From positions 1-46,725 of the IMG/VR virus record IMGVR_UViG_3300046062_000033: a DNA stretch of 46,725 nucleotides, one strand, 5' to 3'. The translations under genes were made by a program, and so were the position numbers. Positions within the stretch are counted from its first letter, which is position 1, and every line of letters starts with the position of its first letter. The notes under the pieces are model-generated. The model was not told the DNA's origin. It saw only the letters and a program-made list of their open reading frames with translations, and did no database searches. Source of the DNA: a virus (Duplodnaviria; Caudoviricetes). Positions 35,768-44,930 of this stretch are shown one piece after another.

Positions 35768-37279
35768 ACGTCTGGCGACCGTATCGACGTCACGACCGAC
35801 GACCGAACCGTCACGGGCACCGTCGTCGACACCACAACCAGCTACATCACGACCGACGGCGGCGACGGCACGCACAAAGCGGACGTCGTGTCGTTCGACC
35901 GCGACGACGGCCACCGAATGAAGGTCTTCGACCACGACGCCGCAAGCGAGTACGACGACGCGGTCGACCTTTACACGACCCGGGGCGGCGTCGGGAACGG
36001 GCCGAAAGCGATCGTCGCGACCGACGTCGACGTCACCGTCACCGCCGTCGACGACGGCTTCACCCCGACCGACGACGTCGACCTTCGCGACGTCGACGCC
36101 GGCGACACCGTTGAATTCAGGACGTCAGACGGCGTTACCCGGTCCCGAACCGTCGCCGTCGTCGATACCGACAGACACGACCGAACCACGGTGGCGTTCG
36201 ACGACCCCGCCGACACCCGCATTCGTGATTCGTTCAAGGCGTGCGAACGGATCGACCAAGTCGACGGGCCGGGCGGCGTCACCTACATGGAAGGCGACAT
36301 AGCCGAACCGGAATACGATATGTTCGGCGTCGTCGGCATTCGCGTTCCCGAACCCGGCGTCGTCACGGACGGCGGCGACGACATTATCGTTGCCGACGAC
36401 GACGGCGTGATCCTCGACGACACCTGCGGCGAGCGTGGGCCGAACGGCGAACGGTGTGCCCGCGACGCCGGCCACGCCGGCCCGCACGCGGCGGGCTTCC
36501 CGGAGGACGCCGGCCGCCGCCCCGACCCCGAACCCCGACGCGTGTGGGACGACCGCGTCGACCCCGACGACGAGGGCGTCGAAATACTGTCCGACGGCGG
36601 CGTGCCGTACCGCGACCACGACGGCCCGGTATGTCGCGACTGCGGCACCCCGATCCACCGGCCGGACACGACCACGAAATGCGAGGCGTGCGGGACCATC
36701 GACCCCGACGGGATCGCCGTGTCGATCGCCGACTTCGAACGCGACGACCGCCGGTGTGACGGGGGCCGCCCGCCGCTCTCGACACACCCCGGCCCGCCGG
36801 ACGTCGACCCGTGCCGCGACTGTGGCCGGTACGCCCCACACCCCTTCGACCACGACCCGGCCTGTCCACAGTTCCGCCCGATCGACCACGAACCCGACGT
36901 TACCGACACCCCGTCGCCGGCGACGAACGGTGGCATGGAACACTCCCCGACCGACCGGTCGCCGGAAGCCCTGGCGTCGCGTATCGTCGCGGCCGACGTC
37001 GGCGACCGCGCGATCGTGCACGCCGACGGCGGTCGTGGGAAGGTCCTGATATACGACGGCGACGTCGTCGCGACCGACTACCATCGCGCCGTCGGCGGCG
37101 TCGGCGGCACCCACGTCGTCACGATCGACGTCCCCGACCGCCACGGCCACGTCGCCGTGCAGTTCGACCGCGACGTCGACCGCGACCGCATGGCCGTCAC
37201 CGAACCATCCCCCGTCGTCTACGACCCCGAGAGGGACGCACAGTTGGCCGTGACGGGCTTTGCCGTCGCGGACGAGTGA
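35756..37279 (+). CDS. Multidomain mosaic hypothetical protein (SH3-like modules and Zn fingers)
   Basis: Modules separated by TDGG/SDGG linkers; CGE..C..GHAGPH, CRDC..CEAC and CRDC..H..C. Confidence 0.7.
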   Translation: MVRPTSGDRIDVTTDDRTVTGTVVDTTTSYITTDGGDGTHKADVVSFDRDDGHRMKVFDHDAASEYDDAVDLYTTRGGVGNGPKAIVATDVDVTVTAVDDGFTPTDDVDLRDVDAGDTVEFRTSDGVTRSRTVAVVDTDRHDRTTVAFDDPADTRIRDSFKACERIDQVDGPGGVTYMEGDIAEPEYDMFGVVGIRVPEPGVVTDGGDDIIVADDDGVILDDTCGERGPNGERCARDAGHAGPHAAGFPEDAGRRPDPEPRRVWDDRVDPDDEGVEILSDGGVPYRDHDGPVCRDCGTPIHRPDTTTKCEACGTIDPDGIAVSIADFERDDRRCDGGRPPLSTHPGPPDVDPCRDCGRYAPHPFDHDPACPQFRPIDHEPDVTDTPSPATNGGMEHSPTDRSPEALASRIVAADVGDRAIVHADGGRGKVLIYDGDVVATDYHRAVGGVGGTHVVTIDVPDRHGHVAVQFDRDVDRDRMAVTEPSPVVYDPERDAQLAVTGFAVADE

Positions 37280-37515
37280 TGGCCCGGCACACGATCGAAC
37301 GCGATGCACGGGGGCGTGTCGCCGATATCAGCGGCACGTGCGGGTCGGATGCGTGCCCGGTCGAGGACGCCGACGACGACGGTGGGCTCGAATACCGGTG
37401 TCCCGTGACCGGCGACGTCCTGGCGGTCGTCGACGCCGTCGACACGCCCGACACCCCCGAGGACCGCCGGCCGGCGACCGTCGACGACGTCCGGTCGGAC
37501 CGCCGCCGGGAATGA
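37279..37515 (+). CDS. Small Cys-containing protein
   Basis: TGATG overlap; CGSDAC...RCP. Confidence 0.55.
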   Translation: MARHTIERDARGRVADISGTCGSDACPVEDADDDGGLEYRCPVTGDVLAVVDAVDTPDTPEDRRPATVDDVRSDRRRE

Positions 37516-37918
37516 CGCTTCGTATCGACCGGTGGACGCCGGGTCGGCCCGCCTTCGGTTACTCCCGATTCGGGATCGCGACGGGTCGGTGTACCGCGTC
37601 ACGTACGGCGACGCGTGGGCGGTCGTCGAACCGGGCGACGGCCGCATCCGTATTCCGTGGATTCAGGCCGACGGCGACACCCGGATGAAACAGTTGTGCG
37701 ACGCGCTCGTCGACGCCACCGGCACCCGGACGTTCCGGTTCGTGTCGCCGACGACACCCGACGATCCGCTTCGCGAGGCGTTCGGCATCGAGGACGTCCC
37801 GGCGCTGGCCGACGTGCTATGCGGGTACGATGAAGTCGAGGAACCGTGGCCGGACGACGCGCCGGAGGACGACGCCGTCACCGTGTGCTTCGACGTCGAA
37901 TGGAACCCCGACGTATAG
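37512..37918 (+). CDS. Hypothetical protein, probably with a 1-nt frameshift near 37585
   Basis: The coupled ATG at 37512 is out of frame with the acidic body (37532-37918). Confidence 0.5.
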
Positions 37919-37963
37919 TCACCGATACGTTTTTCCCGGGCGCCGACCCGTCGCCGCGTGGGT

Positions 37964-38350
37964 ATGAATCCGAACGCCCGAACGTGGTCGCGCTTATCCG
38001 CGTTCAAACGCGACATGGTCGTCGCCGTCCTCCGGTTGGGCGGCCGTCCCGACGCCGACGCCGCCGACCGGCCGCACGGCCAAGGGATCAAACGCGAACT
38101 GGTAGTGCTTCGCGACGAAGACGTGCACAACGGCCGACTGTACCCGAACCTGTCCGGCCTCGTCGACGCCAACCTGTTACACAAGGGCGAACGCGACCGG
38201 CGGACGAACACGTACCGCGCGACGGACCGGGCGACCGACTGTTTCGCCGCCTACCTGTCGACGTACGCCGGGATCGACGTCGACGACGCCGTCGTCGGCG
38301 TCATGGCACGACGCGCCTACGACGCCCAAACACACGCGGGGTCGGCCTAA
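37964..38350 (+). CDS. PadR-family (RosR-like) winged-helix regulator
   Basis: LSAFKRD...PHGQGIKREL...HNGRLYPNL..LV...KGERDRRTNTY. Confidence 0.9.
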   Translation: MNPNARTWSRLSAFKRDMVVAVLRLGGRPDADAADRPHGQGIKRELVVLRDEDVHNGRLYPNLSGLVDANLLHKGERDRRTNTYRATDRATDCFAAYLSTYAGIDVDDAVVGVMARRAYDAQTHAGSA

Positions 38351-38652
38351 TGCCCCGGACGCGCCACGGCGGGATCGGCCTGCCCGACGACGAGGACGAC
38401 GATCCGCCGTTCGACGTCACGTTCGCGGTTGAAGCCGACGGCGACGACGACGCCGTCGTCGACCACGTCGCGATCGCCGCCCGCGACGCCGGCGTCCGCG
38501 CCCTCCAGGCGTTCCGCGACGGCACCCACCCCGACGACTGTGACGGCATCCCCATGTCGATCGATTGGGACCGCGTGCTCGCCGAGTACGACGACACGTC
38601 GGACACCAACAACGCCGACCTGCCCGACGTCGGCGACGGGGGCGAGGAATGA
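38350..38652 (+). CDS. Hypothetical protein
   Basis: TAATG overlap; acidic. Confidence 0.6.
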   Translation: MPRTRHGGIGLPDDEDDDPPFDVTFAVEADGDDDAVVDHVAIAARDAGVRALQAFRDGTHPDDCDGIPMSIDWDRVLAEYDDTSDTNNADLPDVGDGGEE

Positions 38653-39008
38653 CGTTCGACGACGGATACGACCGGGGCGACGTCGTCCGCTTGTTCTTCG
38701 GGCACAACGCCGGCGGGACGACCGCCGCCCCGTTCGCCTATCGCGACGTCGCCGTCACCGCCGACGACGGCGACGCGATCGTCGGCTACCGGGCGGACGC
38801 CCAGGACGACACACTCGGCAGCCTCCGCGACGACGCCCCCGACGACCGGACGCCGGTGGTTCGCATCAAGCGCGACCCGTGCACCGTCCGTAAATCGGCG
38901 GTCGTGATGAAACGCGGATTCGGGAACGTCGCCGCCGGCGTGCACGTGACGAAAGACGAATCGAACGAATTCGGCGCCGACGACGTCACAGACACCAATG
39001 TCGAATAA
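38649..39008 (+). CDS. Hypothetical protein
   Basis: ATGA overlap; MTFDDGYDRG... Confidence 0.6.
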   Translation: MTFDDGYDRGDVVRLFFGHNAGGTTAAPFAYRDVAVTADDGDAIVGYRADAQDDTLGSLRDDAPDDRTPVVRIKRDPCTVRKSAVVMKRGFGNVAAGVHVTKDESNEFGADDVTDTNVE

Positions 39009-39213
39009 CTGCGAGGAATGTGCGGACCCGACGCCACGCGTCTATATGCGGACGTCGGCAGCGAACGGCTTCGACGGCACCGAAACCGAAGTCACGGTCG
39101 AAGGCGGCACCGACGACACGATCGACGACGTCGAACGCGCCGCCGAAGCACGGTTCGACCAGGCGGTCGCATCGACCGACGTCGACCACACGACACCCCC
39201 GGAATACCAGTAA
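38998..39213 (+). CDS. Small hypothetical protein
   Basis: Acidic 71-aa ORF within the operon. Confidence 0.55.
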   Translation: MSNNCEECADPTPRVYMRTSAANGFDGTETEVTVEGGTDDTIDDVERAAEARFDQAVASTDVDHTTPPEYQ

Positions 39214-39893
39214 TGTACAACGGCAACCCACACGCCCCGACGACCGCGTGGCTCGCATCGATCGTCGACAGTCACACAGCCGCCGCCGACCTCGCCGTCG
39301 GCGACACCGACACCGAAACGTTCTCCCGCGACGGCGCCACGTTCAACGTGACCGTCACCAAGGTGGCCGGCCCCGACGACGTCGACCCCGACGCGGCCGC
39401 CGACCCCGACCCCGACGGCACGCACGGCCGTCTCGACACCGCGTTCGTCGTCGCCGACAAACAGACGACGGTGTACCGCGTCGCGACCGACAAAGCGTTC
39501 GCTGGCGCCGAAGCCGCCCGGCTCGGGACGACCGTTCATACCGCCCCCATCGACCATACCACGCTCGACGCCGCTCCCGACGGCGGCCTCGACCGACTCG
39601 TGACGACCAACCCGTTCATCGTCGAACACGCGGTTCCAAAAGACGACGCCGTGACGTACTGCATGGTCGACTTCGACGCCGCGTACCACCCGGCGGGCGG
39701 TATATGGTTCCCATCCGACGTCGACTTCGACCCCGACACGTCCGGCCAAGTGCGACACGAACGCGACCTCCCGACGGGCGAAGTGATCCAATACCCCGTC
39801 GACGACCGGCCGCCGCGCGTCGTCGGCACAGACACGCTCCCCGGGTGGGTCGCCGACCGCGTCACGCCGGAGTACGCGGAGGGTGACCAATGA
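39213..39893 (+). CDS. Hypothetical protein
   Basis: TAATG overlap; acidic. Confidence 0.62.
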   Translation: MYNGNPHAPTTAWLASIVDSHTAAADLAVGDTDTETFSRDGATFNVTVTKVAGPDDVDPDAAADPDPDGTHGRLDTAFVVADKQTTVYRVATDKAFAGAEAARLGTTVHTAPIDHTTLDAAPDGGLDRLVTTNPFIVEHAVPKDDAVTYCMVDFDAAYHPAGGIWFPSDVDFDPDTSGQVRHERDLPTGEVIQYPVDDRPPRVVGTDTLPGWVADRVTPEYAEGDQ

Positions 39894-40048
39894 TCCCTCG
39901 GATCGCCGTCGACGTCGGGACCGTCGCGCTATTCGTCGTCGTCGCGACGGCCGCCGCCGTCACCGGCTTTTCGAACGTCGCGGCCGCCTTCGGCGCGCTC
40001 GCGGTCCTGACGGCGGGCGTCGTCGTGTACCAGGCCGTCCGCCGGTAA
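39890..40048 (+). CDS. 52-aa two-TM membrane protein
   Basis: MIPRIAVDVGTVALFVVVATAAAVTGFSNVAAAFGALAVLTAGVVVYQAVRR; ATGA overlap. Confidence 0.6.
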   Translation: MIPRIAVDVGTVALFVVVATAAAVTGFSNVAAAFGALAVLTAGVVVYQAVRR

Positions 40049-40177
40049 CGCGGGCACCGACACCTTTTCACCGACGACCGCGAACGAACCAGTAATACGC
40101 GACCCCGACCGACCGAACCAGTAAACTTATGGCCAATATCCAGGAAATCGGCCCGTTCCGGCGCCGACACGGCGAGT

Positions 40178-40999
40178 ATGGCGTGGCGTAACGTTCATCC
40201 GGCCGCGCCGACGGACGACGACGACCGGCCGGTACATCCGGAACAGGGCTATACGGTATGTGGGTACGAGAAGACCGACGCGACGGACAAGCTCGGGAAG
40301 AAACGGCACGATATCCCGTACTGTCTCTTATCGGCCGGGTGGGGGACCGACCGCGAAACCGGACATTGTTCGAAGCACAACGGGCACGGCCCTGGGGCGA
40401 AAGAGGGGTGGGCGAACCAGAACGCGCGGCACTTGCTGTATAGCGAACGGATGAACGACGACGACCGCGAAGCGTTCAAACGGTTGGTCGACGTCGGCGA
40501 CGGCGACCACGTCCCGATCGACGAATTCCGGTCGACGTTATCGAACATGATCGCGTTCGAGGAAATGCGGTTGACGCGGGCGATCGGCGTCCACCCGGAC
40601 GTCGACCAAATCGGGATGTATGAGTGTCCCCGGTGCGGGAAGTCCTACCGCCGGTCGGTCACGGGCGACGCCGCCGCCGTCGATCGGTGTACGGGCTCGG
40701 TTCGCGTCGAGCCGCAGGTGATCGAACCGTGCGAGTATTCGGGGGAGTTGGACGACGTACCCGGCAAGTCGTGGGTGGAATTCGGGGACGACGCGGTCGA
40801 ACAGAAGCAAGCCCATATCGCTCGGTTAATCAAGATACTGAACCGGGTCGCGGGGACCCAGGACGTGACCGTGTCGGGCGACCACGACGTGTCGGTCGAG
40901 GGCGGCGAGGACCCGATCGACGTGAACATCACGAACGTCGGCGTCGACCTACCCGACGACGTCGATGACGGCGAGGACGACGATGGGGGTGACGAGTGA
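40178..40999 (+). CDS. terS: Putative terminase small subunit with a Zn-ribbon insertion
   Basis: CG...YCLLSAGWGT...GHCSKHNG...NQNARHLLY (HGGxSTG-like), internal CPRC, and a C-terminal DVTVSGDHDV strand. Confidence 0.65.
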   Translation: MAWRNVHPAAPTDDDDRPVHPEQGYTVCGYEKTDATDKLGKKRHDIPYCLLSAGWGTDRETGHCSKHNGHGPGAKEGWANQNARHLLYSERMNDDDREAFKRLVDVGDGDHVPIDEFRSTLSNMIAFEEMRLTRAIGVHPDVDQIGMYECPRCGKSYRRSVTGDAAAVDRCTGSVRVEPQVIEPCEYSGELDDVPGKSWVEFGDDAVEQKQAHIARLIKILNRVAGTQDVTVSGDHDVSVEGGEDPIDVNITNVGVDLPDDVDDGEDDDGGDE

Positions 41000-41133
41000 C
41001 GTTCGTCGGCGTCACGGACCGCGTTACCCGTGATACGGCGTGGGTGATCGACGCGAAGCGGGACGGCATGACTAATAGTGACCAGTAGTCACCAAAAGTA
41101 AAGCCTTAGTTTATCGGTGCGTTAGTGGTGTCT

Positions 41134-41277
41134 ATGGGCAAGGCAGTCAAAGTCCCCGACCCGGTGTACCGGCAAATAGAACAACAAGCCGAACGACAGG
41201 ACGTCCCCTATGGCGTCGTCGTTCGCGACTGGATGGAGAAGGCAGACAAGTACGACGAAATGGAGGCGCGGCGATGA
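41134..41277 (+). CDS. 47-aa ribbon-helix-helix protein
   Basis: MGKAVKVPDPVYRQIEQQAERQDVPYGVVVRDWM; TTTAT box upstream. Confidence 0.65.
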   Translation: MGKAVKVPDPVYRQIEQQAERQDVPYGVVVRDWMEKADKYDEMEARR

Positions 41278-41396
41278 ACGAACGGAAGGCGAAGCAGAAG
41301 CGCCGAGAAATGGACTCAAATGAGTGTCAATTCTGCGGCGTGACGAACGAACAACACCTCGATGATCGCGACGAAGGCATTGGACAGATATACTGA
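41274..41396 (+). pseudogene. Truncated HNH endonuclease
   Basis: REMDSNECQFCGVTNEQH...EGI, then a stop before the expected HH motif. Confidence 0.5.
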
Positions 41397-41479
41397 CTAT
41401 GTGGGGCGGGTCGTTCAGGAACTCCGGTAGAACGACGCGAAGCCCGCCTTCAAGTGCCGCCGCCCGCTACACTCCGTGA

Positions 41480-41929
41480 ATGCCCGACGACGACGGCGAC
41501 CCGTTACCGACCGACGGGGCGGCCGACTTCATCTTCGAAGCCGCCCCGGACCCGGACGTCTTCGACGTGATGCGGCGGGACGTCGTCGAAACGCTCGAAG
41601 AAGATTACGCCCACCTTATCGGTACGGGCGTCCGGAACCACGCCCGGATCGACACGGTCGACATAGACCCGGCGGATTGGGACGTATCCGGCGTCCTGAA
41701 TGGCGGCCAGGACGTCGACTTCACGGTCACGCTCCGGGCGAACAGCGACGTCACCAAGGACGTCCTGACGTATCTTCGCGGCGTGATCGACGACCGGTAC
41801 GGGATGATCGTGCGGCACGAAGCGGTCGTGTTCCAGCGGATCGGGATGCGGCCGAACGCGTGGTTCGTCGACGCGAAGATCCCGCCGGCGACCGACGGGT
41901 ATTGGGTGGGGAACGACGACCGCCTGTAG
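41480..41929 (+). CDS. Hypothetical protein
   Basis: Acidic ORF. Confidence 0.6.
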   Translation: MPDDDGDPLPTDGAADFIFEAAPDPDVFDVMRRDVVETLEEDYAHLIGTGVRNHARIDTVDIDPADWDVSGVLNGGQDVDFTVTLRANSDVTKDVLTYLRGVIDDRYGMIVRHEAVVFQRIGMRPNAWFVDAKIPPATDGYWVGNDDRL

Positions 41930-41936
41930 TGTACCA

Positions 41937-41986
41937 CCGACACACTTATCTGACGGTGGGGTGAACGGCCGGGTATGGTGCGAACC
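41937..41986 (+). promoter_or_regulatory. Repeated promoter/start cassette
   Basis: CCGACACACTTAT...GTGAACGG...GGTATGGTGCGAACC with the same 29-nt spacing. Confidence 0.7.
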
Positions 41987-42559
41987 ACGACCCGCCGAAC
42001 GCGTACCGACCTCGAATACCTCGCCGACGTCGCCGACTCACCCATGTCGAACGAGTCGGTCGTCGAGGGCGCCGACGACGGCCCACGGAACACACGGCTC
42101 ATATCACACGGGTGGCTCACGGCCCAAGGCCGGGTGACCGCCGACGGCGCCAGCCTCGCCGCGACCGTCGACGTGCTCCGCCGCCGCGACGTCTTCGACT
42201 GCACCGTCGACACCGTCGGCGGGCTCCCCGCATTCGTCGACATAGCGACGGCGTGCCCGCCCGGCGACGTCGTCGCCTACCTCGCCGGCGTCCGAACGCT
42301 CGCAAGTCTCGTCGACGACGCCCGACACGACGCCGACACGCGCGACGACGAATACGACCACGACGGCACGTTCGCCCCGCATTTCGCCGACTTCGACCCC
42401 CGCGCCGGCACCGTCGAACTCCGGTTCAAGGCCGAGGCGACGGCGACCGCGTTCCGCGACGAGTGGACACCCGACCGGATGCAGGCCAACTACACGCACG
42501 ACGACCGGTTCGACGACGGGCACAACCCGCGTCGGCTCGTCGTCGCCGACGTCGTGTAG
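41975..42559 (+). CDS. Hypothetical protein
   Basis: Acidic ORF behind the conserved promoter. Confidence 0.65.
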   Translation: MVRTTTRRTRTDLEYLADVADSPMSNESVVEGADDGPRNTRLISHGWLTAQGRVTADGASLAATVDVLRRRDVFDCTVDTVGGLPAFVDIATACPPGDVVAYLAGVRTLASLVDDARHDADTRDDEYDHDGTFAPHFADFDPRAGTVELRFKAEATATAFRDEWTPDRMQANYTHDDRFDDGHNPRRLVVADVV

Positions 42560-42615
42560 CGGCCGGCGTAGCACCGACATTCTTTTGGCACCGTCGCCGG
42601 TAGGTAGCGACGACT

Positions 42616-43176
42616 ATGCGAACCCTCACCGCGTTCGACGTCGACACCGACGCGCTCGCCGACACGTTCGACCGGATGGCCGACGGGCTTCGGTCCGACG
42701 ACGTCCTGGTCGAACGCCTCGAATCCGGACACGTCGCCGACGCCGGCGACCACAGCGAATTCCGGTTCGACATGGAATTCAAAACGACGCACGGCTTCGT
42801 CGACGTCACCGACCCGATAGCATACGACGCAAACCACTACCTTCGCTTCACCGACGACCGCGTCACCCCGATCCTGTCGGGAGAAAAGTTCGCGACGGTT
42901 CGCGTCGGCTTCGAACGCGACTTCGACGTCGGCGACGTCGTCGACCTCATCGACGACGACCGCGACAAATTCGCCGACGCGACCATTGAGTCGATCCGGC
43001 AGGCATCAATTCTTGAACTGTCTAACGACCTTCGCGGGGTATCGGCGACGTCGATGCAGCAACTTATCCGAACGCTGAACGACCATTACGACGACGTCGA
43101 CAAGCGAACGACCGCGACCGCGTTCCGGTTCCAGGTCCGGGACGGGCCCGACAACCCGGACGGGAGCGACGAATGA
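42616..43176 (+). CDS. ASCH-domain protein
   Basis: LRF...PILSGEKFATVR...FDVGD...FADATI in the C-terminal half. Confidence 0.8.
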   Translation: MRTLTAFDVDTDALADTFDRMADGLRSDDVLVERLESGHVADAGDHSEFRFDMEFKTTHGFVDVTDPIAYDANHYLRFTDDRVTPILSGEKFATVRVGFERDFDVGDVVDLIDDDRDKFADATIESIRQASILELSNDLRGVSATSMQQLIRTLNDHYDDVDKRTTATAFRFQVRDGPDNPDGSDE

Positions 43177-43327
43177 CGACCGACGCCGGCCTCGACGACG
43201 CACACGACGCGCGGGAAACCGCACGGGAATCGCTTTGTTCCGGCGGGGAACGGGTGTCAAAAGGCCGTCAACGCGGCGGCGAATCGTGGTTCGGTATGCT
43301 ACTCACCCGTATTGTCCGGAGGGATGA

Positions 43328-44398
43328 ATGACGGGCGACGAATACGCCGACGCGGCGGCACGCCCCGACACACCGACCGACACGTTCACCCCCTCGTCGG
43401 TCGACGACCGCTTCCGAAAGACCGTTCGCGACGACCACGCCCCGAATCAGGCATTACACGACGCCCTCACGGCCACCGCCGACACCGACGAACGAATTCA
43501 TTCGGTGAACCTAATCGGCTCGCACGCCCCGGGGAACCGGGGGAAAGGCGAACCCCGGTATTACGTCAGGGTCGACGTGCGGAACGACGGCATGGGCCAC
43601 CCGGTCCTGGGCGCGACGGCCGTCGGCCGCCTGGTCGACCGGAACGACGTCCGGATCATCGACGTCGCCGAGTGTAGCGACGACCACGTGGTCGTCTGCA
43701 TCCGGCCGATCGAAACGCGGGTCGAACCGATCGAGGTGCCCGTCGACGACATGCCCGACGACGTTCGCGGCGTCGACGAATCGGCGGTCGCCGCCGCGCT
43801 CGGCGACATACGGACGCGGCTACACGAAGAACTACGGTCGGTGTCGGCGCTATGTATCTTCGACGACGTTGTCGCCGAGTACGACCGCGTCATTCCCGAC
43901 CCGGACCTCGACGGGGCCGACCACCGGCTTCGGCTGTTAGATGCGCGGTTAGACGACCACCCCGACGGTGCACCGGCGGTTATCCATCCTGACCGCGACC
44001 TGGCCGAACACCCGATGCCACCCTACCCGGCACCGGGCCGACCGCCGACCGCCCCGATCCGCGAATGGGTGAAGGACAATCCCGGCCTGTTCGACGCGTC
44101 GGTGATATTTGACGACGACGACTTCGCCGAATCGATCGCCCACCAAATCACCGCCGCTATCGAAAAAACGGGCGAACTGGGAGACGACGACCCGTTCGAA
44201 TCCGTCACGGTGCCGTGCGGGTGTGGCAAATACGACGTGGCGTTCATATCCACCACCGTCCCCGATTCATTCGACGTCGTTTGCCCGGAATGTGGGAATC
44301 ACTTCGGCCAAGGCCCGCCCCCCGATAGCGACGGTAAAATAGATTTTGAAGAATGGGAAGGTTCGTTTCGTGAACCGGGAACGGGGGTCGACGAATGA
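43328..44398 (+). CDS. Hypothetical protein with a C-terminal Zn ribbon
   Basis: PCGCG...CPECG. Confidence 0.65.
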   Translation: MTGDEYADAAARPDTPTDTFTPSSVDDRFRKTVRDDHAPNQALHDALTATADTDERIHSVNLIGSHAPGNRGKGEPRYYVRVDVRNDGMGHPVLGATAVGRLVDRNDVRIIDVAECSDDHVVVCIRPIETRVEPIEVPVDDMPDDVRGVDESAVAAALGDIRTRLHEELRSVSALCIFDDVVAEYDRVIPDPDLDGADHRLRLLDARLDDHPDGAPAVIHPDRDLAEHPMPPYPAPGRPPTAPIREWVKDNPGLFDASVIFDDDDFAESIAHQITAAIEKTGELGDDDPFESVTVPCGCGKYDVAFISTTVPDSFDVVCPECGNHFGQGPPPDSDGKIDFEEWEGSFREPGTGVDE

Positions 44399-44646
44399 CG
44401 ACCGGACGCCCGGAAGGCGGCCGGCGTGACGCCCGGCAGGCGATCTTTGAGGCGATCGATGCCCACGACGACGCCGACGACCCGGCCCGTATCTCGGCCG
44501 TCGTCGAGGACGCGGTCGTCGCCGACGTCGCCGGCCCGTCGGCGGTCTTCGACGCGTTCGCGACGCTGTTCCGCCACGGCGACGTCTACGAACCCCGACC
44601 GGGCCACGTCCGACGAACGACACCGCTCGACGACGGGGACGGATAA
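44395..44646 (+). CDS. Stand-alone winged-helix protein resembling the MCM C-terminal domain
   Basis: LFRHGDVYEPRPGHVRRTT, compared with the archaeal MCM C-terminal pattern L...GEVYEPR...LR. Confidence 0.6.
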   Translation: MTTGRPEGGRRDARQAIFEAIDAHDDADDPARISAVVEDAVVADVAGPSAVFDAFATLFRHGDVYEPRPGHVRRTTPLDDGDG

Positions 44647-44648
44647 CC

Positions 44649-44930
44649 ATGGCCCGCTATATTCACGATGCCGACGACCGGGTGTATGCGTGTCCGTCGT
44701 GTGACGCCGCCGGCGACGTCTACCGACGGACGCACGCGACCCGAGAGTACGACCACGAATTCAAGTGCCACAAGTGCGGCGCCGAATTCGACGACGCGGT
44801 CGAACGCGACCGGAAGCCGACGCCGGTCGGCACCGGGTACGCGCCACGTCCGGAGGACGACGACGGGTTGCCGCAGAACCTGAACGCGGCGGCGAAGGCG
44901 GCGATCCGGGCGGAACGGGAGTCTACCTAA
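44649..44930 (+). CDS. Zn-ribbon protein
   Basis: CPSC...FKCHKCG. Confidence 0.7.
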   Translation: MARYIHDADDRVYACPSCDAAGDVYRRTHATREYDHEFKCHKCGAEFDDAVERDRKPTPVGTGYAPRPEDDDGLPQNLNAAAKAAIRAEREST

